A stretch of 64,000 nt of DNA from Solirubrobacterales bacterium (GTDB taxonomy: Bacteria; Actinomycetota; Thermoleophilia; Solirubrobacterales; 70-9). Made by a program: the position numbers and the translations under genes. Shown piece by piece: positions 51,423 to 59,677 of the stretch. The notes under the pieces are model-generated. The model did no database searches, was not told the DNA's origin, and saw nothing but the letters and a program-made list of their open reading frames with translations. The stretch is from positions 4,872 through 68,871 of the forward strand of contig JBQCIB010000032.1 in NCBI GenBank assembly GCA_051954115.1. Reading direction: 5' to 3'. Within the stretch, counting starts at the first letter, position 1. Each line of letters begins with the position of its first letter.

Positions 51423-52547
51423 GTGACCCAGGCAGGGCCGCTCCTCGAACCGTCCTTCTACAGGACGCCGACGGGGTGGCCCTACCTGCTGACGCCACTG
51501 ATCCCGGTCGCCGTCGTCCTGGAGCTGCTGGGGGCGCCGGCGACCGCGGTCTTCGCCGCCTCGGCGCTGGGGATCATCCCGACCGCGGCGCTGATGGGCC
51601 GGGCCACCGAGGAGCTGGCCGCCCGCTCGGGCCCCGGCATCGGCGGCCTCCTCAACGTCACCTTCGGCAACGCGCCGGAGCTGATCATCGCCCTCTTCGC
51701 CCTCGGACAGGGGCTGCAGGAGGTGGTCAAGGCCTCGATCGTCGGCTCGATCATCGGCAACATGCTGCTGGTGCTCGGGGCGGCGATGCTGGCGGGCGGG
51801 ATCGGGCGCGAGAAACAGCGCTTCAGCCGCACCAGCGCCAGCATCCAGACGACGATGCTGATGCTCGCCTGCGGGGCGCTGATCATGCCGGCGATCTTCG
51901 AGCTGGTGGAGGGGCAGGGCCTGCCGCACCCGGGCTCGGAGTCGGTTCACTACGGCGGCACCGTCGAGCACCTCTCGCTGGCGGTGGCGGTCGTCCTCCT
52001 CGTCACCTACGTGATCGGGCTCTTCTTCTCGCTGAAGACCCACCGGGACCTCTTCAACCCCGAGTACGAGGACGAAGACAGCTGGGGCTGGTCCACCCGC
52101 ACGTCGGTGATCGCGCTGGCGATCGCCGGAGTACTGGTCGGGGTGATGTCCGAGGTGCTGGTCGGCTCGATCACCGAGGCCTCGGAATCGGTCGGGCTCT
52201 CGCAGTTCTTCATCGGCGTGATCGTCGTCGCGATCGTCGGTAACGCCGCCGAGCACTGGGTGGCGGTGCTGGTCTCGGTCAAAGACAAGATGGACCTGGC
52301 GGTCAACATCGCCGTCGGCTCCAGCGCCCAGGTCGCGCTCTTCGTCGCCCCCGTCCTCGTCATCGCCTCCTTCCTCATCGGCCCCTATCCGCTCGCCCTC
52401 GTCTTCAACGGCTTCGAGCTGGGAGCGATCCTGCTGGCGATCTTCGTCGGCAACCACGTCACCGCCGACGGCGAGTCGACCTGGTTCGAGGGGGTTCAGT
52501 TGCTAGCGGTCTACTTCGTCTTCGCGCTCGCGTTCTACTTCGCCTAG
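51423..52547 (+). CDS. Ca2+/H+ antiporter (CAX/ChaA family)
   Basis: GGLLNVTFGNAPELIIALFAL and the second alpha-repeat IVGNAAEHWVAV. Confidence 0.85.
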   Translation: MTQAGPLLEPSFYRTPTGWPYLLTPLIPVAVVLELLGAPATAVFAASALGIIPTAALMGRATEELAARSGPGIGGLLNVTFGNAPELIIALFALGQGLQEVVKASIVGSIIGNMLLVLGAAMLAGGIGREKQRFSRTSASIQTTMLMLACGALIMPAIFELVEGQGLPHPGSESVHYGGTVEHLSLAVAVVLLVTYVIGLFFSLKTHRDLFNPEYEDEDSWGWSTRTSVIALAIAGVLVGVMSEVLVGSITEASESVGLSQFFIGVIVVAIVGNAAEHWVAVLVSVKDKMDLAVNIAVGSSAQVALFVAPVLVIASFLIGPYPLALVFNGFELGAILLAIFVGNHVTADGESTWFEGVQLLAVYFVFALAFYFA

Positions 52548-52564
52548 CCGGGTAGCCTGCCGGG

Positions 52565-53566
52565 ATGGACGCGGTCCTCCTGCTCCTCGCCTTCGCGGTC
52601 GTCCTCGCGGGGGCTCTGCTGTTCACCAACGCGGTCGAGTGGATCGGGCACAAGCTCGAGGTCGGGGTGGGGGCGGTCGGCAGCATCCTCGCTGCGGTCG
52701 GCACGGCGATGCCGGAGACGCTGATCGCGATCGTCGCCCTGGTCAGCAGCAACGAGCGCTCCGAAGACGTGGCGATAGGGGCGATCGTCGGCGCGCCGTT
52801 CCTGCTCGGGACGCTGGCGATGGGACTGGTCGGCCTCTTCGCCTACTTGTACCGGGACAAACGCGACCAGGGGCTGCAGCTGAACGTCCACCGGCCGACT
52901 CTGGAGCGCGACCTTCTCTTCTTCCTCGTCCTCTTCGCGATCGCCGGTGCGCTGGCCTGGGGGCCTCCGGCGCCGGTGCGGATTGCGGTGGGGATCGCCT
53001 TCCTTCTCGCCTACGTCGCTTACATCGCGCTGACCCTGAAAGGGGGCGGCGAGGTGCAGAGCGAAGAGTCGCTCAACCCGCTGATCTTCGAGCGCCGCAG
53101 CGAGCGGCGCGAAGACCCGTCGATGGTCCTCTGCGTCCTGCAGCTCCTGGTCGGGCTGGGGGCGATGGTAGGCGGCGCCCACCTCTTCGTCGAGGAGTTG
53201 CTCAGCCTCGCCAAGAGCATCGGCGTCGAGCCGCTGGTCCTGGCGCTGATCCTGGCGCCGCTGGCGACCGAGCTGCCGGAGAAGGTCAACAGCTTCTTCT
53301 GGGTGCGCGAAGGAAAGGACGCCCTGGCGCTCGGCAACATCACTGGCGCGATGGTCTTCCAGGCGATGATCCCGGTTGGGATCGGCCTGATCTTCACCGA
53401 CTGGGAGCTGAACTGGCATGCCGTTCTCTCCATCGGCCTCGGCCTCGCCGGCGGCCTGCTCGCCTACGAGAGCCTGCACCTGGGGCGCCAGTTCAAACTG
53501 CCGGCGGTGATCGGCTGGTTCACGCTCTACAGCGCCTTCATAGCGACGGTGATCGTCAGCGCCTGA
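52565..53566 (+). CDS. Na+/Ca2+ exchanger-type membrane protein (CaCA superfamily, YrbG-like)
   Basis: GSILAAVGTAMPETLIAIVAL and LAPLATELPEKVNSFFW are the alpha-repeat motifs. Confidence 0.75.
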   Translation: MDAVLLLLAFAVVLAGALLFTNAVEWIGHKLEVGVGAVGSILAAVGTAMPETLIAIVALVSSNERSEDVAIGAIVGAPFLLGTLAMGLVGLFAYLYRDKRDQGLQLNVHRPTLERDLLFFLVLFAIAGALAWGPPAPVRIAVGIAFLLAYVAYIALTLKGGGEVQSEESLNPLIFERRSERREDPSMVLCVLQLLVGLGAMVGGAHLFVEELLSLAKSIGVEPLVLALILAPLATELPEKVNSFFWVREGKDALALGNITGAMVFQAMIPVGIGLIFTDWELNWHAVLSIGLGLAGGLLAYESLHLGRQFKLPAVIGWFTLYSAFIATVIVSA

Positions 53567-53577
53567 GCGCCCCTGGC

Positions 53578-53628
53578 GGCGTCCTCAGTCGCTCGCGTGC
53601 AGAGCACGCCACGCTCCCTGCGTCCTTG
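53578..53628. repeat. Conserved intergenic element, copy 2
   Basis: GGCGTCCTCAGTCGCTCGCGTGCAGAGCACGCCACGCTCCCTGCGTCCTTG lies between the convergent CaCA gene and bcp. It is near-identical to 8064-8113. Confidence 0.8.
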
Positions 53629-53638
53629 CCAGGAACGC

Positions 53639-54100
53639 TCAGGAGGCGGCGAGAGCTTTGAGAACTACGTCGTCGTGCGTTTTGGGGGAGACCTTCGGGA
53701 AGACTTTCGCGATCTTGCCGTCGGGGCCGATGATGAAGGTCGCCCGCTGCACGCCCATGTACTTCTTGCCGTACATCGACTTCTCGACCCAGGTGCCGTA
53801 CTTCTCGGCCACCGCGTGGTCGGCATCGGCGAGCAGGGTGAAGTCGAGGTCGTACTTGCCGGCGAACTTGTCGATTGCCTTCACCTCGTCCGGCGAGATC
53901 CCGATCACCCGCGCCCCGGCCTTCGCGTAGTCGGCGTTGTGGTCGCGGACACCGCAGGCCTGGGTAGTGCAGCCGGGAGTGTCGGCGCGGGGGTAGAAGT
54001 AAAGGACGACGGTCTCCCCTTTGAGGTCTGAGAGCTTCACCTGCTCCCCGTTCTGATCGGGCAGGCTGAAGTCAGGCGCCTTGTCGCCCTCGGCGAGCAC
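53639..54100 (-). CDS. bcp: Thiol peroxidase / peroxiredoxin Bcp
   Basis: GDKAPDFSLPDQNG..VVLYFYPRADTPGCTTQACG. Confidence 0.9.
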   Translation of the reverse strand: MLAEGDKAPDFSLPDQNGEQVKLSDLKGETVVLYFYPRADTPGCTTQACGVRDHNADYAKAGARVIGISPDEVKAIDKFAGKYDLDFTLLADADHAVAEKYGTWVEKSMYGKKYMGVQRATFIIGPDGKIAKVFPKVSPKTHDDVVLKALAAS

Positions 54101-54103
54101 CGG

Positions 54104-54448
54104 CTACTCCTCGTCCTCGTCGAGCGGGACGCCCTCGGGCCGCTCTTCCTCTTCTTCGAAGTCGTCGTCGCTCTCTTCGAGCGCGTCCGGGGCGAGTGGC
54201 TCGGCCTGGCTTCTGGTCTGGAAGCTCTCGAGGGCACGGTCCCTCCCGTCCTCGTCGACCGGGACGTCGTCGGAGACCCGCACCCACTCGGCACCTTCGT
54301 ATCCCTCGAGGTTGTTGAAGACCTCCTGGTCCACGGAGGCGGAGTCGTCGACGATGACGACGACCTCGCTCTGGGGATTGAAGTAGGTGCCCGGCTGGTT
54401 GAGCATCTCCTCCACCTCGTAGATGTTTTCTTCGGGGGTGGCCATCAA
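54104..54448 (-). CDS. Highly acidic hypothetical protein
   Basis: A 114-aa protein with an Asp/Glu-rich C-terminus (ESDDDFEEEEERPEGVPLDEDEE). Its start overlaps the upstream stop by 4 nt. Confidence 0.5.
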   Translation of the reverse strand: MMATPEENIYEVEEMLNQPGTYFNPQSEVVVIVDDSASVDQEVFNNLEGYEGAEWVRVSDDVPVDEDGRDRALESFQTRSQAEPLAPDALEESDDDFEEEEERPEGVPLDEDEE

Positions 54449-54924
54449 TTCGATCCTATGAGATCGGCCAGTTGCCGTTCGGTCTCCGCCTCGACGTCGA
54501 GCGGCTCCAGGCCTTCGCGCATCCGCCGTTCGTTGCGGGCGACGACGAGCTGGCGCACCTCGGCCCGCAGCTCGGCGTCGATCGCCTCCTTGCCCCGCGG
54601 TTCTTCGGCGGTGGCGAGCAGGCGCTCGGTCTCCGCCTCGACGTCGAGCGGCGGCTCGCCGCGCTGCTTGCGGCGCTCGGATTTCGCCTCCAGCATCTGG
54701 CGCACCTCCGCCGCCTGGATCGCGGGGTCGACCTTTGGAGGGGCACCGCTGCCGGCGCGCTTCTCCGGTCGCTCATTGAGGATCGCGAACGGCCCGCCGC
54801 CCATCGTCTCCCAGCCGCCGCCGACCCGCTTCAGCAGCAGGCCGATCAGCGGCGCAGCCACGCCGGTGAAGACCAGCAGCGCGCCACCCTTCTGGAGCGC
54901 CGAGAGGGCCAGCGGGAGGTCCAT
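54445..54924 (-). CDS. Membrane-anchored hypothetical protein with an internal 49-aa duplication
   Basis: The N-terminal helix is GGALLVFTGVAAPLIGLLL. Two units follow: EVRQMLEAKSERRKQRGEPPLDVEAETERLL and EVRQLVVARNERRMREGLEPLDVEAETERQL. Confidence 0.55.
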   Translation of the reverse strand: MDLPLALSALQKGGALLVFTGVAAPLIGLLLKRVGGGWETMGGGPFAILNERPEKRAGSGAPPKVDPAIQAAEVRQMLEAKSERRKQRGEPPLDVEAETERLLATAEEPRGKEAIDAELRAEVRQLVVARNERRMREGLEPLDVEAETERQLADLIGSN

Positions 54925-55013
54925 CGGAACAAGGGTAAAGCGCTTCGTCCCAAGCCCGTGCGGCCTCGGATTCTCCCTCTCGGGCCGTGCCGTCCGCTAT
55001 CCTCGAAGACCGG

Positions 55014-55029
55014 TTGACTGACCAGTCAA
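55014..55029. promoter_or_regulatory. Operator-like palindrome TTGACTG-AC-CAGTCAA upstream of the acyl-CoA dehydrogenase gene
   Basis: The arms extend to CCGGTTGACTG / CAGTCAATCGG with one mismatch. It lies 75 nt upstream of GTG 55104 and shares the TTGAC(T) half-site with 3012-3027. Confidence 0.4.
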
Positions 55030-55103
55030 TCGGTGGAACGCTAGCCTGCCGGCGGCGCTCCCGCAGACTTCTCCAGAAACGCGAAGAAAAGGAGCACCGA
55101 CCG

Positions 55104-56327
55104 GTGGTCGACTTCACCCTCACTGACGAGCAGAAAGACCTGCGCGAGCTGGCCCACAGCTTCGCCGAGAAAGAGATGCGCAAGGTCGCCTGGGAGTACG
55201 ACAAGGACGGCACCTGGCCGCAGGACATCATCGACAAGGCCTGGGAGGTCGGGTTGATGAACACCCACATCCCCGAGGCCTACGGCGGTCCCGGCCTCGA
55301 CTACCTCTCCGGCTGCATCATCGAGGAGGAGGTCGGCTGGGGCTGCTCCGGGATCGGCACCTCGCTGATGGCCAACGGCCTCGCCTCGGCGCCGGTCACC
55401 CTCGGCGGCTCCGAGGAGACCAAAAAGAAGTACCTGGGGATGCTGACCGAAGCCCCCAAGCTCGCCTCCTTCGGCCTGACCGAGCCGGACGCCGGCTCCG
55501 ACGTCTCCGGGATGAAGACCCGCGCCGTCAAGCAGGGCGACAAGTACGTCCTCAACGGCTCCAAGTGCTTCATCACCAACGGTACCTACGCCGACTACTT
55601 CACGGTCTTCGCCAAGACCGACCCCGAGGCCGGCCACCGCGGCATCAGCGCCTTCGTCGTCGACGCCGACGCCGACGGGGTGACGGTCGACAAGAAGGAG
55701 GACAAGATGGGTCAGCGGGCCTCCAACACCGCGACCATCTCCTTCCAGGACGTCGAGGTCCCGGCCGAGAACCTGCTGGCCGAGGAAAACAAGGGCTTCA
55801 AACTGGCGATGATGACCCTCGACCGCACCCGCCCGGGGGTGGCCGCAATGGCCACCGGCATCGCCCGTGCCGCCCTCGAATTCGCCACCGAGTACTCCAA
55901 AGAACGGGTCCAGTTCGGCGTCCCGATCGCGATGCACCAGGCGATCCAGTTCATGATCGCCGACATGGCGACCAAGGTCGAGGCCTCGCGCCTGCTGGTC
56001 TGGAACTCCGCGTTCCTGCTCGACCAGGGCATCCGCAACAGCCGCGTCTCCTCGATGGCCAAGCGCTTCGCCGCCGACTCGGCGATGGAGGTCACCACCG
56101 ACGCCGTCCAGGTTTACGGCGGCTACGGCTTCATCAAGGAGTACCCGGTGGAGAAACTGATGCGCGACGCCAAGATCATGCAGCTCTACGAGGGGACCAG
56201 CCAGATCCAGCGCCTGGTCATCGCCAAAGAAGTGCTGCTGCCGCGCCAGGAAAGCGCCCCGGCTCCGGCCCCGACCTCACCGGAGTCCGAGCAGAGCCAG
56301 TCCGAGCAGGCCGCCGCGACGGTCTAG
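55104..56327 (+). CDS. Acyl-CoA dehydrogenase
   Basis: FGLTEPDAGSDVSGMKTRA..ITNG..QVYGGYGFIKEYPVEKLMRDAKIMQLYEGTSQIQRLVI. AAAGGAG precedes GTG 55104. Confidence 0.9.
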   Translation: MVDFTLTDEQKDLRELAHSFAEKEMRKVAWEYDKDGTWPQDIIDKAWEVGLMNTHIPEAYGGPGLDYLSGCIIEEEVGWGCSGIGTSLMANGLASAPVTLGGSEETKKKYLGMLTEAPKLASFGLTEPDAGSDVSGMKTRAVKQGDKYVLNGSKCFITNGTYADYFTVFAKTDPEAGHRGISAFVVDADADGVTVDKKEDKMGQRASNTATISFQDVEVPAENLLAEENKGFKLAMMTLDRTRPGVAAMATGIARAALEFATEYSKERVQFGVPIAMHQAIQFMIADMATKVEASRLLVWNSAFLLDQGIRNSRVSSMAKRFAADSAMEVTTDAVQVYGGYGFIKEYPVEKLMRDAKIMQLYEGTSQIQRLVIAKEVLLPRQESAPAPAPTSPESEQSQSEQAAATV

Positions 56328-56347
56328 CTCGAGACAAGCGTTTCGCG

Positions 56348-56379
56348 AAGCCGCCGGCCTCAGGGCCGGCGGCTTTTTA
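56348..56379 (+). terminator. Rho-independent terminator after the acyl-CoA dehydrogenase gene
   Basis: AAGCCGCCGGCC-TCAG-GGCCGGCGGCTT is followed by TTTTA. Confidence 0.8.
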
Positions 56380-56436
56380 TGCGCTAGGAGCGCTGTCACG
56401 GGACGAACAACAGGCTGGGTGGGGGAGAGACCAGGC

Positions 56437-56479
56437 GCTCCCCTCCTTTGTACCGCTATGCGACACAAAGGAGGGGAGC
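56437..56479. promoter_or_regulatory. Perfect 15-bp inverted repeat enclosing the DUF559 gene start codon
   Basis: GCTCCCCTCCTTTGT (56437-51) pairs with ACAAAGGAGGGGAGC (56465-79). The 13-nt loop ACCGCTATGCGAC contains ATG 56458. Confidence 0.6.
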
Positions 56480-57438
56480 ACTTCCTTGGCGGACGGCATA
56501 GCCAGTTGGCGAGGCTGGCGGATCGGCAGCATGGGGTGGTCTCGATCCGTCAATTGACGGGCCCTCTCGGCTACTCCCGAAATGCGGTGTCTCGCGCCGT
56601 CGAGACCGGCCGCCTTCACCGGCTCTACCGAGGTGTTTATGCGGTGGGCCATCTGAATATCTCCATGCAGGGCAGATGCTTGGCGGCGGTTCTCGCCTGC
56701 GGTCATGGTGCTCTCCTGAGTCACTACTCAGCCGCATGGCTATGGGACATCGCCAGGGTGAATCCCGAGCCGTTTCATGTGACGACCTCCGCATGGCGCA
56801 AAGCACGCCCTCCAATTCGGCTCCACGAAGCTCGCTCTCTAGCCGCAGAGGATCGGGCGCTGGCGGAGGGAATTCCGGTGACCGCCTTACCCCGCACCCT
56901 GCTGGATCTTGCTGCGGTTGTGCGTTTCGAGTGGCTGGAGAAGATGGTCGAGCGGGCCGAAGAGCTTGGGCTCTTTGATCTGCGGGCGGTGGAAGATCTG
57001 TTGGCGCGGACTGTGGGGCACAACGGCCACAGTCGGCTGCGCAAAGCGATTGCGCTCTACAAGCCCACCAGCTTCACTCGCTCCAGCTTGGAGAAGCGGT
57101 TTCTCGAACTCTGCTTGGAGGCCGGTCTGCCGCAGCCGCGGACGAACTACGTCGAGGAGGGGTTCGAGCTTGACTGCTACTGGCCCGAGTACCGCTTCGC
57201 CGTCGAACTCGACCTGTACGAGACGCATGGGACGCGGGCGGCATTCGAGCGGGACCGGAAGCGGCAGGAGGATCTGCTGCTCGCCGGGATCGGGATGACT
57301 CGCGTCACCGGTCCTCGCCTGGAACGGGAACCGGACGAGGTGATCCGCCGGGTCACCCGTCTGCTCGAACAGCGGGGCCTGCGGCTGCTCAGCGCGCGGG
57401 GGCCTTATCGCGCTGCTTCGACGCCTTCAGGCGCGTGA
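56458..57438 (+). CDS. DUF559-type (Vsr-like endonuclease fold) protein with an AbiEi-like N-terminal winged-helix domain
   Basis: [24 protein letters not shown] at the N-terminus; [48 protein letters not shown] at the C-terminus. Confidence 0.75.
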   Translation: MRHKGGEHFLGGRHSQLARLADRQHGVVSIRQLTGPLGYSRNAVSRAVETGRLHRLYRGVYAVGHLNISMQGRCLAAVLACGHGALLSHYSAAWLWDIARVNPEPFHVTTSAWRKARPPIRLHEARSLAAEDRALAEGIPVTALPRTLLDLAAVVRFEWLEKMVERAEELGLFDLRAVEDLLARTVGHNGHSRLRKAIALYKPTSFTRSSLEKRFLELCLEAGLPQPRTNYVEEGFELDCYWPEYRFAVELDLYETHGTRAAFERDRKRQEDLLLAGIGMTRVTGPRLEREPDEVIRRVTRLLEQRGLRLLSARGPYRAASTPSGA

Positions 57439-59230
57439 TCTTGTCGAGCTCGACCTTGCGCAGGCGGATCGCTTCCGGGGTGATTTCCACGCACTCGTCC
57501 TCGCGGACGAACTCGATCGCGGCTTCGAGGGAGAGCTCGACTTTCGGCGCCAGACGGACCAGTACGTCGGCGCTCGCCGCCCGCATGTTGGTCTGCTGTT
57601 TGGCCTTGGTCGGGTTGACGTCGAGGTCCTCGGAGCGCGAGTTCTCGCCGACGATCATCCCTTCGTAGACCTCCTCCCCGGAGCCGACGAAGAGTTTGCC
57701 GCGGTCCTGCAGGTTGAGCAGCGAGTAGCTCGCGGTCTGGCCGCGGCGGTCGGCCACCAGGGAGCCGGTCTGGCGCGTGCGCAGCTCTCCCGCCCACGGC
57801 TCCCAGCGGTCGAAGACATGGTGGAGGAGGCCGCTGCCGCGGGTCACGGTGAGGAACTCGGTGCGGAAGCCGATCAGTCCCCGCGCCGGCACCAGGTACT
57901 CCATCCGCACCCACCCGGTCGAGTGGTTGACCATCTGCTCCAGCCGCCCCTTGCGCGCCGCGACCATCTGCGTCACGTCGCCGACGTGCTCCTCGGGCAC
58001 GTCGATCGCCAGCCGCTCGACCGGCTCGTGCATCTGGCCTTCGATCTCCCGCGTCACCACCTGCGGCTGCCCCGCGGTCAGCTCGTAGCCCTCGCGCCGC
58101 ATGATCTCCAGCAGCACGACCAGCTGCAGCTCGCCGCGCCCCTGCACCTCCCAGGCGTCGGGGCGCTCGGTGTCGTTGACCCGCAGCGAGACGTTGCCGA
58201 CCAGCTCGGCGTCGAGCCGCGAGCGGAGCTGTCGCGCGGTCAGCTTGTCGCCGCCCTGCGTGCCCGCCAGAGGCGAGGTGTTGATGCCGACGACGACCGA
58301 GAGCGAGGGCTCGTCGACGGTGATCACCGGCAGCGGCCGCGGGTCCTCCGGGTCGGCCAGCGTCTCGCCGATCGTCACCTCTTCGATCCCGGCGACGGCG
58401 ATGATTTCGCCCGGCCCCGCCTCCTCGGCGGAGACCCGCTCCAAGCCCTGGGTGACGTAGAGCTCCGAGACCGCCGCCCGCGCGACGCTGCCATCGGCCT
58501 TGCACCAGGCGATCTGCTGCCCGTTGCGGATCGACCCCTGGTGCACGCGGCAGATCGCCAGCCGCCCCACGTAGGGCGAGGCGTCGAGGTTGGTCACGTG
58601 CGCCTGCAGCGGCGCCCCCTCCTCGTACTGCGGCGCCGGGATCTTCTCCAGCATCAGGTCGAGCAGCGGCGTCAGGTCGCTCCCCTCGACGCCCTCCTCC
58701 AGCGAGGCCCAGCCCGCTTTCGCGTTGGTGTAGACGATCGGGAAGTCGATCTGGTCGGAGTCGGCGTCGAGGTCGATGAAGAGCTCGTAGACCTCGTCGA
58801 CCACCTCGCTGATCCGCGCGTCGGGCCGGTCGACCTTGTTGACGACGAGGATGATCGGCAGCTTGCGCTCCAGCGCCTTGCGCAGGACGAACCGCGTCTG
58901 CGGCAGCGGCCCCTCGGAGGCGTCGACCAGCAGCAGCGCCCCGTCGACCATCGTCAGCGCCCGCTCGACCTCGCCGCCGAAATCGGCGTGGCCCGGCGTG
59001 TCGACGATGTTCAGCTTCGTCTCGCCGTAGGTGACGGCGGTGTTCTTGGCGAGGATCGTGATCCCCTTCTCGCGCTCGAGGTCCATCGAGTCCATCACCC
59101 GCTCGGCGACCTCCTGGCCCTTGCGGAAGGTGCCGGTCTGCCACAGCATCGCATCGACCAGGGTCGTCTTCCCATGGTCTACGTGGGCGATGATGGCCAC
59201 GTTGCGCAGGTTGTCTCGAGTGGTGCTCAT
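57389..59230 (-). CDS. typA: Translational GTPase TypA/BipA
   Basis: [40 protein letters not shown]. The start was trimmed to ATG 59230. Confidence 0.95.
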   Translation of the reverse strand: MSTTRDNLRNVAIIAHVDHGKTTLVDAMLWQTGTFRKGQEVAERVMDSMDLEREKGITILAKNTAVTYGETKLNIVDTPGHADFGGEVERALTMVDGALLLVDASEGPLPQTRFVLRKALERKLPIILVVNKVDRPDARISEVVDEVYELFIDLDADSDQIDFPIVYTNAKAGWASLEEGVEGSDLTPLLDLMLEKIPAPQYEEGAPLQAHVTNLDASPYVGRLAICRVHQGSIRNGQQIAWCKADGSVARAAVSELYVTQGLERVSAEEAGPGEIIAVAGIEEVTIGETLADPEDPRPLPVITVDEPSLSVVVGINTSPLAGTQGGDKLTARQLRSRLDAELVGNVSLRVNDTERPDAWEVQGRGELQLVVLLEIMRREGYELTAGQPQVVTREIEGQMHEPVERLAIDVPEEHVGDVTQMVAARKGRLEQMVNHSTGWVRMEYLVPARGLIGFRTEFLTVTRGSGLLHHVFDRWEPWAGELRTRQTGSLVADRRGQTASYSLLNLQDRGKLFVGSGEEVYEGMIVGENSRSEDLDVNPTKAKQQTNMRAASADVLVRLAPKVELSLEAAIEFVREDECVEITPEAIRLRKVELDKITRLKASKQRDKAPAR

Positions 59231-59278
59231 AGCGAATGAGGAGAGTAGGGAACGGGCGCGGTCGGCTCCATCCAAAGC

Positions 59279-59302
59279 GAAGCCCGCCGGTTGGCGGGCT
59301 TC
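59279..59302 (-). terminator. Hairpin terminator downstream of the cold-shock gene
   Basis: GAAGCCCGCC-GGTT-GGCGGGCTTC. On the minus strand it is followed by GCTTTGG. Confidence 0.6.
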
Positions 59303-59327
59303 GGACTGCGAAGAGCTTTCAGCGTGA

Positions 59328-59531
59328 CTACTGCTGCTGAACGCTCGCGGCGGCCGGGCCTTTGGGGCCTTCTTCGGACTCGTAGCTCACTTTGGCGCCC
59401 TCGGTCAGGGACTTGAAGCCCTCGCCGAGAATGGCGCTGTGATGAACGAAGACGTCCTTCGAGCCGTCGTCGGGCGTAATGAACCCGTAGCCCTTATCGT
59501 CGCTGAACCACTTGACAGTTCCAGTGGGCAT
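59328..59531 (-). CDS. cspA: Cold-shock protein (CspA family)
   Basis: [34 protein letters not shown] carries the RNP1/RNP2 motifs. GGAGG precedes ATG 59531. Confidence 0.95.
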   Translation of the reverse strand: MPTGTVKWFSDDKGYGFITPDDGSKDVFVHHSAILGEGFKSLTEGAKVSYESEEGPKGPAAASVQQQ

Positions 59532-59677
59532 GCATTGCCTCCACTTCATGTGCTGCGAACGCGGAGGATGCAAAAGCAACGACTGCGAGCGCTACGCACA
59601 ACTTTCGCCGGTATCTACCGGCCCAACGGAGAGGACCGTAGCAGGATCAACCGGCGGTCAGCGGCCGCGCGGGGCTT

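Noticed and set aside
56545-56558. Perfect 14-bp palindrome CCGTCAATTGACGG sharing GTCAA/TTGAC with the putative TetR sites
   Set aside because: It lies inside the DUF559 coding sequence and the half-sites are in the opposite arrangement. About four perfect 14-bp palindromes are expected by chance in 64 kb.
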